Position numbers and translations under genes: made by a program
The notes under the pieces: generated by a model
Databases searched by the model: none
What the model was told of the DNA's origin: nothing
The model's input: only the letters and a program-made list of their open reading frames with translations
Shown: piece by piece, positions 63,206 through 64,000 of the stretch
Position numbering within the stretch: the first letter of the stretch is position 1
How the letters are laid out: the number at the start of each line of letters is the position of its first letter
Source: Heterodontus francisci
Taxonomy: Eukaryota
Assembly (NCBI RefSeq): GCF_036365525.1
Contig: NW_027140825.1
Location: forward strand, 1,178,001 to 1,242,000
Length of the DNA: 64,000 bases
Direction: 5' to 3'

Positions 63206-63819
63206 ATGTCTTTGTCTCAGCTCTGGGTTGTGTTGTTGGTGTTAACGGGTAAGGAGGTGTCTGAACTGTGAGGTGACAATGATGTACATGTGTCTCTGCT
63301 TCTCAGTCTCTGTCTGTCTTTGTCTCTCTCCTTCTCCCTCTATAATTCTTTCTCTGTCTCTCATTCTCTCTCTATCTCTCTCTCTGCCTTTATCTCTGCC
63401 TCCAACTGGTCCCCACCTCTCTCTTTATCTCTCTGTCTGCCCGCCTCTACCTCTTCTTGTTGATATCTTTATTGACATTGTCCTTGGGTTTATCTCCCTC
63501 GTTCCCTCTCTGTTTTACAGAAGTGGGGGCCGTGTTGATCCAACAGACTCCTGCTTCCATATCCCATTCCCCAGGATCTCCAGTCAGGATCCAGTGTATT
63601 TACACTGAAGCAACTGCTACGTCCTATTTCTACTGGTACCGGTGGCATCCGGACCGTGAGCCCGAGAATCTTTTCTATTCCTACCCCGCCGGAACGGTCA
63701 ACCCCTCCGGTGAGGTGGACGGTTTCACCACTAGGATACCCGACAACACCCATTTTTACCTGGAGTCCTCCAGCCTGTTGGCGAATCAATCAGCAGTGTA
63801 TTACTGTGCCTGGAGTCAG
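63206..63819 (+). CDS. TRBV: TRBV segment, family C, apparently functional (leader 63206-63248, V exon 63521-63819)
   Basis: MSLSQLWVVLLVLT|EVGAVLIQQTP..WYRWHPDREP..SAVYYCAWSQ. Confidence 0.92.
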
Positions 63820-63858
63820 CACAGTGACTCAGAAAGGCGCCGGAGTTCAGCAAAAACT
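63820..63858 (+). other. 23-RSS
   Basis: CACAGTG-23-GCAAAAACT. Confidence 0.92.
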
Positions 63859-64000
63859 CTAAACATTGACAGAACTCACTTATGGGAGATAGACCTGTCT
63901 ATCTGGGGTGTCATTCTATCACTCTGACTATCTGTCAGTTTCTATGTCTGCTGTTGAATGAACTGGCTCTTTGACAGAGTTGTCTGACTAGTTCCCATTC

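Noticed and set aside
8971-63858. Assignment to IgH, IgNAR, IgL or NAR-TCR clusters
   Set aside because: No closely linked D/J/C segments or 12-RSS as in shark Ig miniloci, and no octamer noticed before the leaders. A translocon-type V array with CAWS/CACS/CAAS ends fits TCR beta best, though the C gene is outside the window, so chain identity is inferred

Overview
Vertebrate genomic DNA, almost certainly from a shark or other elasmobranch (HE1-type V-SINEs, Deu-SINE-derived minisatellites, abundant CR1/L2-group LINEs). The window is a germline antigen-receptor V-segment array, best read as the T-cell receptor beta (TRBV) locus. It holds 14 V exons, all on the + strand and each followed by a 23-bp-spacer RSS (7 open, 7 pseudogenes), plus one orphan leader exon. 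They fall into at least four families that expanded by tandem duplication. No D, J or C segments are seen. Two non-receptor genes lie on the - strand: a GP2/uromodulin-type D8C-domain gene at the left edge, and an intact two-coding-exon, 247-aa secreted AID/APOBEC-like deaminase (SNAD family) embedded between V segments, carrying CxE in place of the usual HxE zinc motif. Other highlights: CTCF-like motifs 38 bp behind the RSS of one V family, expanded into an 8-copy array in one paralogue; a second, oppositely oriented ~19-copy CTCF-like minisatellite; a chimeric LINE that records the unequal crossover behind a V duplication; and a young CR1 with an uninterrupted ORF2. An assembly gap lies at 41744-41919. 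All calls were made by eye; repeat boundaries are approximate.
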